A DNA stretch of 64,000 nt from Nitrospiraceae bacterium (lineage in GTDB: Bacteria; Nitrospirota; Nitrospiria; Nitrospirales; Nitrospiraceae): assembly GCA_037442105.1 (NCBI GenBank), contig JBBIQV010000012.1, positions 1-64,000 on the forward strand, read 5' to 3'. The position numbers and the translations under genes were made by a program. This document shows, piece by piece, positions 32,556 through 42,246 of the stretch. Each line of letters begins with the position of its first letter. The first letter of the stretch is position 1. Below the pieces are notes generated by a model, which had not been told where the DNA came from, did no database searches, and saw only the letters and a list, made by a program, of their open reading frames with translations.

Positions 32556-32918
32556 CTATTCAGAAGCAATACGTCGATTATGACGATCATACGGGCAGAC
32601 CCGCGCGATCTTTCCCCTGCCTATCTTTTGCCAGTGAGGCAGGTAAGCGTTCATCAAGCTCTTAAAGAGCTTGCCGTGATTCGGCACCTGGAGATGCAGC
32701 AGCTCGTGGACGATCACCACTTCGCGGAAACGGAGGTCCTCCCGTATCAGATCTTTGCTGAGCCGAATCCACCCCGTCGTCGAGCATGAGGCCCATTTCC
32801 TTTTCATGGACAGAATCTGCACTCGAGTAGGCCGGACCCCGATCCTTGAAGCCCAATAATAAACTGCATCGCGGAGTGACTCTGCTTCCTTGCCGGACAG
32901 TCCATTCGCTTTTGTCAT
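32556..32918 (-). CDS. M48/YgjP (DUF45)-like metallopeptidase, short form
   Basis: MKRKWASCS, VIVHELLHL..PNHGKLF; overlaps hsdR stop. Confidence 0.85.
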   Translation of the reverse strand: MTKANGLSGKEAESLRDAVYYWASRIGVRPTRVQILSMKRKWASCSTTGWIRLSKDLIREDLRFREVVIVHELLHLQVPNHGKLFKSLMNAYLPHWQKIGRGKIARVCPYDRHNRRIASE

Positions 32919-35800
32919 GAGCGTTTGAGTCTAAGAAGTTGATCCGCCAATTCCACCATCCGCTCCTTACCCGCCATGGGAAGCAGCACTTTGTACAACT
33001 CAGCTTTCAACTGACGAAGCTCGGCAGGATTGTGAGCATGATTGGGGAACCGCCCAAACGCGGCATTCACTACCGGCGCAATCTGATCGGCCCCGACGAC
33101 CTCCGCCTGCTTTAGCACCCAATAGATTGTGAACGTATTCAGGTCAAAGCCGATCTTTTCGCGTTCCTGCTTGGCCTGCAAGTACTCACGGAGCAAACGC
33201 TCTAACTGTCTCAAGGCCTCTTGTGTGTTGGTTTGACGATCATCGTAGGCGTCAAGAATGGCTTCGGCGCGCTCACCGATAGGAATGAGATAGGGCTGCT
33301 GGTCACTTTCGCTTGTGACTGCCTGAATAAGACTCTTGCTGAGATTAATCACTTTCCCCGGATCCGAATCCGGCTTCTTCAAGGCCTCGAGAGCGCTCTC
33401 ATCAATGGTGACCAACGGCATAGTGGTGGTGAGGTGATAGGTGGCGACTCGTTCCCGCACAAGAGACTCTGTTTTTCTCGCCAAGTCGGCATACGGGACC
33501 ACATGCTTGCTGAAAGCGTTGTGCACAATCTGACAGAGAACTGAGAGCTTGCCATAGTCCTCCAGGTACTCCCGCAGAAATACATCGGGCGAAATAATCT
33601 CGTAGAGGTCCTCGAGCGGCCTGAAGAAGGCATGAAAGTGCTCCCGCTTCTCCTTGTCAGCAAACGCGTCAATGGCCCGTTCCACGGCCTTATCATCGAC
33701 GGGCCCTGTGCAAAGAGCCAGGTAAGCCGGAGCTTGCTCCCGCATGAGCATTGCAAAGTGCTGCTTCAGGACGTCCAGGTTCTGGATCACGCCGCTCACG
33801 ACATCGGAATCGAAGGCGAGGGCCTTCTCGAGTTTTTCGAAGATGCCGACAAAGTCGAGCACAAATCCTGCCGGCTTCTTGATTCCACCCTCCTCCTCGT
33901 AGGGCCGATTCACACGCGCGATAGCTTGGAGCAGCGTATGGTCACGCATGGGTTTATCGAGGTACATGCAGTAGAGGATAGGCGCATCAAAACCCGTGAG
34001 AAGCTTCTCCGTCACAATAAGGATCTTCGGCACGGCTCCGCGTTTGAGAAAGGCTTTGCGGATTCTCTTTTCGTCATCTTCGCTGAGTCGGTATTCGGCG
34101 AGCAGTTCACGATCATTGTGGGCGGACGTGTAGACGACGGCTGAGTAGTCCGGGGAAAGGTGCCTGTCGAGAGCTTTCTTGTACAGCATGCAGGCTTCCC
34201 GATCCACGCCGACAAGAAAGGCCTTATACCCTAACGGCTCAACATTCTTCTGAAAGTGATCGGCCACAAACCGCGCAACCTTGTCCACCCGGTCGGTTGC
34301 TTTAAGAAAAGCCTTCAGATTGACGGCTCGATCCAGAATCTTATTGAGTTCCTCGATGTCGCTGACGCCCTCTGCCTCCACAAGATCCAGAAACTCGCGC
34401 TCCAATTGGTCGCGAGGCACCCGGATGTCATTCGGCGCCAGCGTATAGTGCAGCTTCAGCGTGGTCCCATCTTTGATGGATTCGGCAATGGAATACTTGT
34501 CGAGGTAACCTTTCTGGTCCTCCTTGCCGAAGGTTTTGAACGTGCCTTTGCCGTAGGCGGTCCTGTCGATAGGAGTGCCCGTGAATCCGATCATAGTGGC
34601 GTTAGGCAGAGCCCCGACGAGGTAATTTCCCAGGTCGCCGCCGGTCGTTCGATGGGCCTCATCCACCAAGATGAACACATTGGACCGAGTGCAAAGATTC
34701 GCGTCGGCGCGATCGAACTTGTGGATCATGGAGACAATCAATCCCCGGTAGTCCGATGTGAGAAGGTCACGAAGGCGCTGCTTGCTGGATGCCAGTTCTG
34801 ACTTACCCTCGCCGAGCACACTCGCAATCCATCCAGCCAGTTGCCCCTCCAATTCGTTGCGATCAACCAACATAATAACAGTCGGTTTCTCAAACGATGG
34901 GTGTTCGAGGATCAATTCGGCAGCCTTAATCATGGTGAAAGTCTTGCCGGACCCCTGGGTATGCCACACCAAGCCGGTTCGCTTCTCAGGGTCGAGTGCG
35001 CGCTCAACGACCTTTTCCACGGCACGCGTCTGGTGCTGTCGCAACACGATTTTCCGAAGTTCATCATCCTTCTTGAAAAAGACGATCCATTCACCGATCA
35101 GTTTAAGGAAGCGTTCGCGGGCGAAAAACCGTTTGACCTTACGCTCGAAGTTTCCCTTCTCTTCGTCTTTCCAGTTAAAGAGGTCCTTCCGGTCCAGGTT
35201 CCACGTCACGCCGTAGTAGAAGTCGATCAGGTGGGTAATATCGAAGACTTGCGGCGCGGTCAGCAGTTCAGGAGTCTCTCGATGATACCGGCGGATTTGC
35301 GTGAGGCCCTCATCGATCGCGTTGGCGCGCTTCGCGCTTTTGGTCTCTACCAAGGCCAGCGGGACCCCGTTCACCAGGAGCAGCACGTCAGCACGATTCG
35401 TGTACTGGCCGTTCGTGTATTGCCATTCGTCCGTCACATGGAACACGTTGTGGGCCGGGTGCTCAAAATCAATCAGCGTGACATTCCGCTGCCGCTTCTC
35501 GCTTTCGACATAGATCGACCGTTCCCCACGAAGCCAGGCCAGCACTTCGGCATTGCCTTCGATGGTGGTCCGGACCCCCTCCAGCTTGGCAATGATCGAG
35601 TCCACGTTCTCGACCGTCACAATGCCCGGATTCAAGGCGATGAGCTTGTCGCGAAGGGTCTGGTAAAGGAACGTGCCGCTCTGCCCGCGACGCAGGGTCA
35701 AGGCCTGTTCCGGCGAGAGATGGGCCCAGCCGATCTCGACGGCATAGCCGACGAGCGGGTGTTGGACGGTGGCGCGTTCTGAGGCGAGGCTAGGAGGCAT
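32915..35800 (-). CDS. hsdR: type I restriction endonuclease subunit R
   Basis: RAD..L.VNGVPL..VETK nuclease motif; WHTQGSGKT, DEAHR, FTGTP, LLTGFDAP, LQAIARVNR. Confidence 0.95.
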   Translation of the reverse strand: MPPSLASERATVQHPLVGYAVEIGWAHLSPEQALTLRRGQSGTFLYQTLRDKLIALNPGIVTVENVDSIIAKLEGVRTTIEGNAEVLAWLRGERSIYVESEKRQRNVTLIDFEHPAHNVFHVTDEWQYTNGQYTNRADVLLLVNGVPLALVETKSAKRANAIDEGLTQIRRYHRETPELLTAPQVFDITHLIDFYYGVTWNLDRKDLFNWKDEEKGNFERKVKRFFARERFLKLIGEWIVFFKKDDELRKIVLRQHQTRAVEKVVERALDPEKRTGLVWHTQGSGKTFTMIKAAELILEHPSFEKPTVIMLVDRNELEGQLAGWIASVLGEGKSELASSKQRLRDLLTSDYRGLIVSMIHKFDRADANLCTRSNVFILVDEAHRTTGGDLGNYLVGALPNATMIGFTGTPIDRTAYGKGTFKTFGKEDQKGYLDKYSIAESIKDGTTLKLHYTLAPNDIRVPRDQLEREFLDLVEAEGVSDIEELNKILDRAVNLKAFLKATDRVDKVARFVADHFQKNVEPLGYKAFLVGVDREACMLYKKALDRHLSPDYSAVVYTSAHNDRELLAEYRLSEDDEKRIRKAFLKRGAVPKILIVTEKLLTGFDAPILYCMYLDKPMRDHTLLQAIARVNRPYEEEGGIKKPAGFVLDFVGIFEKLEKALAFDSDVVSGVIQNLDVLKQHFAMLMREQAPAYLALCTGPVDDKAVERAIDAFADKEKREHFHAFFRPLEDLYEIISPDVFLREYLEDYGKLSVLCQIVHNAFSKHVVPYADLARKTESLVRERVATYHLTTTMPLVTIDESALEALKKPDSDPGKVINLSKSLIQAVTSESDQQPYLIPIGERAEAILDAYDDRQTNTQEALRQLERLLREYLQAKQEREKIGFDLNTFTIYWVLKQAEVVGADQIAPVVNAAFGRFPNHAHNPAELRQLKAELYKVLLPMAGKERMVELADQLLRLKRS

Positions 35801-35859
35801 AGACCATGTCAAGAACTACCTTGACCAGAGTCTGCTATGCCCCGTATCATCGGGGCACG

Positions 35860-36087
35860 ATGAAGAGAACGAAGAACCAGCAAACATTCACCAGCAAACC
35901 CTCGGGGTGCGCGCCTCTCACTGAAGAGGCGCTCCGAAAGGATTTCGATAGCTATCGAAAACTCGTGCATGAGATCGGACAGAAATACCGAATCTTGCCC
36001 ACCTACCCAGAGATCTCCCCTGAGTCTGGAGGGATCGCTCACACATCCGAGCTAGTCTTCCTCTATCAAGTGCATGCCTCGATGTAA
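35860..36087 (+). CDS. small hypothetical ORF, antisense to the R-M operon
   Basis: 75-aa ORF fills the gap between the PIN gene and hsdR; no recognisable motif. Confidence 0.3.
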   Translation: MKRTKNQQTFTSKPSGCAPLTEEALRKDFDSYRKLVHEIGQKYRILPTYPEISPESGGIAHTSELVFLYQVHASM

Positions 36088-36153
36088 GCCGGACAGCGCC
36101 CGCAGGGCCATGTGGATCCCACCAGGGGCAAACACAGTATATGGTTGCCCCTG

Positions 36154-36681
36154 TCATGCGATAACCTGTTTCATCAGGCGACAATCAACACCTTGCTCCC
36201 AGGCTCTCGTTGCAAGGGTGCGCTCATCATCCGTCAGAATCACGCAGCCTTCTTTCCGGGCCAGCTCAATGAGCCCCGTGTCTGTGGGGCCGAAGCGGCA
36301 GATGCCTGCACGCAAATAATCTCTATCTGCCATGTCCAAGAGGCGCACAAGCGTTTCTTCCAGTTTTCGCCCACGCATGAACTCCAAGCCGGATAGCCAG
36401 AACCTCCTTAAATCGTTGCCGTTGAATTTCAGGCGACTACTTTGAAGCCCTTGGAGTTCTCCAATGACATGGGAAGTCGTCATCAGCGATTTGACGCTCT
36501 TGAACAGGTTCAGATACCTTTCCTCATAAGCCGGAATCTCCAAGACTTCCTTTGTCACAACCCTTCTTAAAATTGTCGATCGCCTGTTCGTGTCGGCCTG
36601 CGTCTCGTTCAGGAAATGCAGGGTCAGGACAGTAATGAGTGGGCCGGTGTCAACGACGGCTTTTTCGAGAAATTCACCCAT
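36154..36681 (-). CDS. PIN-domain-like protein
   Basis: VVDTGPL, HVIGE, TDTGLIELA and ILTDDE acidic motifs. Confidence 0.7.
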   Translation of the reverse strand: MGEFLEKAVVDTGPLITVLTLHFLNETQADTNRRSTILRRVVTKEVLEIPAYEERYLNLFKSVKSLMTTSHVIGELQGLQSSRLKFNGNDLRRFWLSGLEFMRGRKLEETLVRLLDMADRDYLRAGICRFGPTDTGLIELARKEGCVILTDDERTLATRAWEQGVDCRLMKQVIA

Positions 36682-36700
36682 GGGACCGATAGTAAGATGG

Positions 36701-37420
36701 TTAGCCGACCATCTCCTGAACGCTTCCAGCCGGAACCATGTACGGCACATCGTGCTCAAGTGACAGTTCCTGCCTTCGCTGCCTCAGGATCGCTGTGAGA
36801 CGCTCCACCGTTCGCAGTGCCGCCGTTCCGGCCTGGTCCACTGCGTCACGATACGGCCGAATAGAGGAATCCTCGGCAATGGCCATGAACGCGTCTCGGT
36901 GCTGATTCCAAAGCCGAGCCGGCGCGAAGTAATCGGGAAGCTCGCTGGAGTTATTGACAATGTATTGAGCGAGGACCGCGAGATGATCTGCCGGGGGGTA
37001 AGCGCCAAACAGATCGTTAACGGTGACCCCGAGCTTTCCAAGAGCCTCTGGAGAAGTCACCGCTTCGTACTTCTCGCGCAAAGCCGGATTTTCCTGAATT
37101 GTCTGCTGGAGAGTCTTACAGTTCTCTAGGAGATGAGACACTGCCGTATCATGTTCCTCGATACCCATTCCGAGATTCGGGAAGAACTCTAAACATTGAT
37201 CGAGGTTGTCCCTGGCGTCGACCTCAAGATGGACGCGCACAGGATGAATTAATTCCAGATCGGCAGGCCGAAACCGCCACGTCCAATTCCGCTCCTTCAA
37301 CAGTCTTTGCTCGGTCTCCAGGGCTCGCAGCAAAGGGTTGATGACCGTGTCAAACCAGGCCCTTACAATGCGCGGCCCGATCTTATGGCCTTTTGCAGTG
37401 GTTCGGGATTTTTTGCTCAT
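36701..37420 (-). CDS. hypothetical protein within the R-M operon
   Basis: GAGGAG RBS and ATG at 37420; helical soluble protein with no recognised family. Confidence 0.75.
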   Translation of the reverse strand: MSKKSRTTAKGHKIGPRIVRAWFDTVINPLLRALETEQRLLKERNWTWRFRPADLELIHPVRVHLEVDARDNLDQCLEFFPNLGMGIEEHDTAVSHLLENCKTLQQTIQENPALREKYEAVTSPEALGKLGVTVNDLFGAYPPADHLAVLAQYIVNNSSELPDYFAPARLWNQHRDAFMAIAEDSSIRPYRDAVDQAGTAALRTVERLTAILRQRRQELSLEHDVPYMVPAGSVQEMVG

Positions 37421-37433
37421 GGCTTCCGTCTCC

Positions 37434-37587
37434 TCACGAGGTCGCGACTTCTTCAATGGCCCCTTTCAGCATCAACTGGCTGACTCGCACCTGCCCGGTC
37501 ATCAGCAAGTGAAGCATGGTAATAAAGACCGACCCAAGGGTCCGGCGTTTGCTGCTCGCCGGTATGAAACCACCAGACTCCGACCGT
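37434..37587 (-). pseudogene. orphan 3' end of an hsdS gene
   Basis: Translates to ASSKRRTLGSVFITMLHLLMTGQVRVSQLMLKGAIEEVATS*, matching [27 protein letters not shown] of the intact HsdS. Confidence 0.75.
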
Positions 37588-37677
37588 CAGGGTGAGCAAC
37601 TTCCTCTGCGTCAACCCGCAAGTGGAGACGTTCAACCAGCCCACCCTTCCGGTCCCAAGGTAACGACCAGACCAAAC

Positions 37678-38088
37678 CTATCTCCTGTCCGAGGCAAGGA
37701 TGTGCTCGGCCCACCGAACGAACTGTTCCGCCAACGTCACGGCACGCCGGTATTCGCTTTCCGTCACAGGCTCATCCGTGCCCGGATACCGTGTCTCGAC
37801 CGCGTAGGGTGACAGGATGCCGGCCGCTTCCTTCAACGAGGCGTCCACGCCCTGACCGGACTGCTCAAGGACGGCGAGCAACTCTCCGATGTCATGGACG
37901 TACGGGTAGGGCACGCGGCGGAACAGCAGCACCGCTTTGACGGCCTTCTCGGCCGCTTGCTGCGCATCAAAACAGAGGTCTTCCCAAAACGCTTCCTCCG
38001 GCTTCGTTTGTTTCGCGCGCGCCAAGTTGCCCTTGGCTCGCCTGAGCCACTCGCGCGGACCATCGTCCCGGCCCGTGTCATGCGGCAT
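37678..38088 (-). CDS. HEPN domain protein (HEPN/MNT module)
   Basis: EWLRRAKGNL, CFDAQQAAEKAVKA, HDIGELL, YAVETRYP. Confidence 0.9.
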   Translation of the reverse strand: MPHDTGRDDGPREWLRRAKGNLARAKQTKPEEAFWEDLCFDAQQAAEKAVKAVLLFRRVPYPYVHDIGELLAVLEQSGQGVDASLKEAAGILSPYAVETRYPGTDEPVTESEYRRAVTLAEQFVRWAEHILASDRR

Positions 38089-39724
38089 AAATGACCTTTC
38101 CCTCTCTGAGAGCCGGGTAAATGACGGACCCGATCGAGTCCCGGTGTCGTTCAAGGTCGTCAGGCGTGACGACGACGATATCTTTGGGAACGCCGATCCC
38201 TGCCAGGGCTTGGTAGAGGCGTTGGGCGGTCTCACGCCGATGGCGCTGGGCCTTGACGACCAGAAGATCCACATCGCTGTCCGGCCCCATTTCCCCACGC
38301 GCGGCGGAGCCGAACAGAATGATCTTCTCCGGTTGGACCGCCTCGACGATGCGACGCACGATTTCCTGGAGAAGTTCGGCGCTCACGGTCGTCCCGAGCC
38401 GAGGTTCCTGATTCATCGCAGCCCCCTTGGGGTGAAAGGCGGCGCCGGCCCTCCCTTTCCCGTGGCCGGGAATCGGGTGCGTGACCCGCACCTCCCCGGT
38501 CATCAGCAGGTGGAGCAGGGAGGAGAAAAGGGATCTAAGTGTGGTTGCTTTTTGTTCAGTTGCTAGCAATTGTCGGTCAAGGCTGCCTAGGATTTGCACA
38601 ATCTGCTTTTGCTCAGAAAGATCTGGCAACGCCAGCTCCAATACTTCCAACTTCTCCTTGGGAAGATGAGCTATCGTTGTTTTTGTCCCCGATGGTTTGT
38701 GACTGCGAAAGATCGTGAAAGCGGCAGTGGCCCAATAAAGATAATATCGAGGAAGGATGCGATTGGCTTCTCTTGGCCTCAAGCGATGGAGAGCTTTTTG
38801 GTAACAGCATTCTGTGATCTCCCCGCCCCAAACAGATGTTCGCCCTGGCTCACCTCCCTCGCACACGAGGATGTCTCCCGGTTCTAAACGAAATCTTTCA
38901 AATTCGTCGTCGGTGAAATCCATCTCAAACACTTCGGTGAGATCAAATCTCCCCCATTGCACATTCTTGTTTCGGAGATAAGCCCGCGGGTTTATGCCCC
39001 TCCTGGATTTAGGAGAAAGCATCTTTCCTAACTCCACCTTGAACAGGTCCCCAACGCGCACCACCTCCCAGCTCTCCGGAATCTCACCGATCTCGGTCTG
39101 CTTGAGGCGCTCGCCGAGGAGGCCTTCGCGGAAGAGCTTGGCCATGGTTGCGGCCTTCAACTCCTTCAGCGCGGCAACGAGCTTGTCCTGCACCTCCACG
39201 GCCGCCTGAATCTTCTCCAGCACCGCCGCAATCGCGCGCTGCTCAGGGAGGGGAGGAACAGCAATCTCCTGCTTCAGAATGTCATTGTCTGTTACAGCGG
39301 GGTAGCTGGCTCCACGTTCCAAGTTGCCGACACGACTGAGAAAGTCCTCGGTGAGAAGCGAGTAGTAGATAAAGCGGCTATCAGCTTTTGTTGGATCTGC
39401 ACGAAGCACACAAAAAGCAGTTGAAACGATTTGCCCGTCCAGACTCGGCGGTACCATGGCAACACGCTTAAGGGTAGGTCTAACGGTTGCGAAGATAACA
39501 TCCCCCTCTTGGACCACTTTGCGCGCCCGACTCGGAGCCGTTGCACCTGCGTGCCGTGTCGTGGTCGTAATCTTCAATAATTCGTTGGAAACAGCAGAAA
39601 CATCTATATATTCGAAGAAAGCATCAGGAGTCTTGGTCGGATCGGTGAGCGTGGTTTCGAGACAAAGTGATCCAATGGGAGCGGTATCCCAAGGTATGTT
39701 CTCGTAGTCCATCCTTATGATCAT
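38078..39724 (-). CDS. hsdS: type I R-M specificity subunit HsdS fused in frame to a minimal nucleotidyltransferase (MNT)
   Basis: Two TRDs with [10 protein letters not shown] / [11 protein letters not shown] repeats; C-terminal [23 protein letters not shown]; internal RBS and ATG at 38416. Confidence 0.9.
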   Translation of the reverse strand: MIIRMDYENIPWDTAPIGSLCLETTLTDPTKTPDAFFEYIDVSAVSNELLKITTTTRHAGATAPSRARKVVQEGDVIFATVRPTLKRVAMVPPSLDGQIVSTAFCVLRADPTKADSRFIYYSLLTEDFLSRVGNLERGASYPAVTDNDILKQEIAVPPLPEQRAIAAVLEKIQAAVEVQDKLVAALKELKAATMAKLFREGLLGERLKQTEIGEIPESWEVVRVGDLFKVELGKMLSPKSRRGINPRAYLRNKNVQWGRFDLTEVFEMDFTDDEFERFRLEPGDILVCEGGEPGRTSVWGGEITECCYQKALHRLRPREANRILPRYYLYWATAAFTIFRSHKPSGTKTTIAHLPKEKLEVLELALPDLSEQKQIVQILGSLDRQLLATEQKATTLRSLFSSLLHLLMTGEVRVTHPIPGHGKGRAGAAFHPKGAAMNQEPRLGTTVSAELLQEIVRRIVEAVQPEKIILFGSAARGEMGPDSDVDLLVVKAQRHRRETAQRLYQALAGIGVPKDIVVVTPDDLERHRDSIGSVIYPALREGKVIYAA

Positions 39725-40224
39725 CCACGAAACCCGATCTGCTGTTTCGGCCGTTCCGTCGGCTCCATCAACTTGCGGATGGCGTCGAACACCACTTTGA
39801 ACTGCGCGTCGTATTTCTTCTCCAGAGCATCCAGCCGTCGGGCGAGGTCTTTGTAAGGCGCAATCATTTCCCGGAAGCGCACGAAGGCCCGCATGATTTC
39901 GATATTGACCTGGATGGCACGGTTGCTCTTCAGGACGCTAGAGAGCATCGCCACGCCCTGCTCGGTGAATGCGTACGGTGTGGCTCGCCGCATGCCGCCC
40001 CAACTTGAAATCACAATTTGTGATTTCAAACCGTGGAACTCTGATTTGGACAGTTGGAACATGAAGTCCGAAGGGAACCGCTCGATGTTCCTCTTGACCG
40101 CTTGCACTAGAGCGCGGGGCTCAACTTCATAAAGGCGGGCAAGGTCCGTGCTCAGCATGACCTTGTGCCCCCGCACCAGAAAGATGCGCCGTTCGATTTC
40201 CGGACTAGCCACCAGGCTTTTCAT
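39721..40224 (-). CDS. ORF6N domain DNA-binding protein
   Basis: [18 protein letters not shown]....[32 protein letters not shown]. Confidence 0.9.
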   Translation of the reverse strand: MKSLVASPEIERRIFLVRGHKVMLSTDLARLYEVEPRALVQAVKRNIERFPSDFMFQLSKSEFHGLKSQIVISSWGGMRRATPYAFTEQGVAMLSSVLKSNRAIQVNIEIMRAFVRFREMIAPYKDLARRLDALEKKYDAQFKVVFDAIRKLMEPTERPKQQIGFRG

Positions 40225-40245
40225 TCCTGCCTGCTCCTTTCCTGT

Positions 40246-40297
40246 TCAAGGTCACAAATTGTGATTTCAAGTTTGAGGTCACAGTTTGGCACCTCAA
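40246..40297. repeat. two tandem 25-bp imperfect palindromes (27-bp period) resembling a palindrome inside the ORF6N gene
   Basis: TCAAGGTCACA-AAT-TGTGATTTCAA and TTGAGGTCACA-GTT-TGGCACCTCAA versus TTGAAATCACA-ATT-TGTGATTTCAA at 40005-40029. Confidence 0.8.
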
Positions 40298-40347
40298 AGG
40301 CGAGCCTCTACCCCACCTGACCTCCCCTTACAAAGGGGAGGCAGGGG

Positions 40348-42246
40348 TCACGGCGTCCCCCACTTATAGCCAAGCCCACTGAAGATATCCTTGAGCTCTC
40401 CGTCCAACTTCTTGGCCTCCTCATCCAGTTTTGCCAGGTCATTCAAAACGGCCTGCACGTCGCGATGCTCCGTGGCCGTGGCGGTCTCGATGTAGCGGGA
40501 GGGGGACAGGTTGTAATCGTTCTTGACGATCTCCTCGCGAGCGACCACTTTGACGAAGCGCTCGACATCCTTGCCCGCGTGAAACGCTTCCGCGATTTTC
40601 TTGATGGACGCATCGGGAATGAAATTCTTGGGCCGTCCCTTCTGAAATTCGTTGCTGGCGTTGACCAGGATGATGTTGCCTTGACGGTCCTTTGGCTTCC
40701 AGCGGTTAAGCACGATGATGATGCCGGCGGCGGTGGTGTTGTAGAACAGGTTATCCGGCAGCAGGATCACGCCCTCGATCACGTCTTGGTCCACGAACCA
40801 GCGGCGAATGGCTTTTTCCTTGTTCTCCCCTTGGCTCCCGCTGCCCCGGCTGGCTGCGCCGGTATCAATGACCATCGCGGCCCGGCCCTGATCGTTCAGC
40901 GAAGCGAGCACATGCTGAAGCCAAGCCCAGTCGGCGCTAGAGGCCGGCGCAAAACCGCCGCGACCAGTGAAACGTTCATAGGGATCGTTCTCGTAGAGGG
41001 CCGGCTCGAAGTTGTCCTGGTTCCACATCGGATTCGTCACCACGATGTCGAACTGTTTGAGGCTTGAGCCGTCGAGGAACTTGGGGTTGGTCATGGTGTT
41101 GCCACGGACAATCTCGCCCTCCATGTCGTGGAGGACCATGTTCATCCGGGCGATGGCGAATGACGAGCCGGTGAGTTCCTGGCCATAGAGCCTGAGCGGG
41201 CGCGCAATGGTACGCTCGCGTTCCGCGAGAGCCAGCTCACATTTGATGAGCAGCCCACCCGACCCACCGCACGGGTCATAGACCTCTTCACCTTGCTTGG
41301 GCTGCATCAGGTAAGCGATCAGCCAACCCACTTCCTTCGGCGTGAAGAATTCACCGGCGCTCTGCCCCTGACCTTCGGCAAACTTGCGCAAGAGATATTC
41401 ATAGGCGCGGCCGAGAAAGTCCGGCTCCACATTGGTAAGGCCTAACCGATACCGGGGATTGCTCAGCAGTTCGATCAACCGCGACAGAGCGTCATCACTG
41501 ATTTCCCGCTCGCCGTTGCGGGTCTCGTTGTAGTCCACGATGTCGATCACCCCTTGGAGCGAGGGGTTGGCGCGGGCAATCGCCCGGACCGTGGCAGTCA
41601 GTTGTTCGCCGAGGGTTTTGGGCTTCTTTCCTTGAGGCCAGTCGAACTTCTGCCGGCCACTCACGACCGGCCAGGTAGCCTCCGGTGGGATGTAGAAGCG
41701 AACGAGGCTGTGGTCCGCTTCGAGCACGGTCATCGCCGTCTCCCTGCTTCCATAGGTTTCTGTGAGACGGGCGACTTCGTCCTCGAAGACGTCGGAGAGT
41801 CGCTTGATGAAGATCAGCGGCAGGATGTAGTCTTTGAATTTCGGCGCGTCCTTTTCGCCACGGATCGAACAGGCCGCTTTCCAGAGGAGACCCTCCATAG
41901 ACTTCGTGTCGAGCACTGCGCTACGTGAGTCATCGGATGACGGTTTTACCCCTCGGCGGGAGCGGCGTGATCGGACAGCAGGTTCACCTGTATGAACAGC
42001 CTCCCCGTGGTGACCAAAGTGGAGTTCGTAAAGATCAAGGTACTTCGAGCCCAGATCTTTGACACATTGCTCGATCGCGTGGAGAGCAAGTGCGTCGGGC
42101 TTCGTTTTCCCTTTCTCCCATCGGTTAATCGTTGGCAGGGAGACGCGAAGACGCGCAGCGAGCTTTTCCTGGCTGACACCGAGTCGGGCTCGCAACACAT
42201 TCAGCAGCCCTGGAACATCGAATTCATGCGGAGTCATCTGGTGCAC
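40348..42246 (-). CDS. hsdM: type I R-M methyltransferase HsdM with N-terminal XRE HTH
   Basis: LRARLGVSQEKLA..L.VS..TINRWEKG; GEFFTP, YDPCGGSGG, GQE, NPMW. Confidence 0.95.
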   Translation of the reverse strand: MHQMTPHEFDVPGLLNVLRARLGVSQEKLAARLRVSLPTINRWEKGKTKPDALALHAIEQCVKDLGSKYLDLYELHFGHHGEAVHTGEPAVRSRRSRRGVKPSSDDSRSAVLDTKSMEGLLWKAACSIRGEKDAPKFKDYILPLIFIKRLSDVFEDEVARLTETYGSRETAMTVLEADHSLVRFYIPPEATWPVVSGRQKFDWPQGKKPKTLGEQLTATVRAIARANPSLQGVIDIVDYNETRNGEREISDDALSRLIELLSNPRYRLGLTNVEPDFLGRAYEYLLRKFAEGQGQSAGEFFTPKEVGWLIAYLMQPKQGEEVYDPCGGSGGLLIKCELALAERERTIARPLRLYGQELTGSSFAIARMNMVLHDMEGEIVRGNTMTNPKFLDGSSLKQFDIVVTNPMWNQDNFEPALYENDPYERFTGRGGFAPASSADWAWLQHVLASLNDQGRAAMVIDTGAASRGSGSQGENKEKAIRRWFVDQDVIEGVILLPDNLFYNTTAAGIIIVLNRWKPKDRQGNIILVNASNEFQKGRPKNFIPDASIKKIAEAFHAGKDVERFVKVVAREEIVKNDYNLSPSRYIETATATEHRDVQAVLNDLAKLDEEAKKLDGELKDIFSGLGYKWGTP

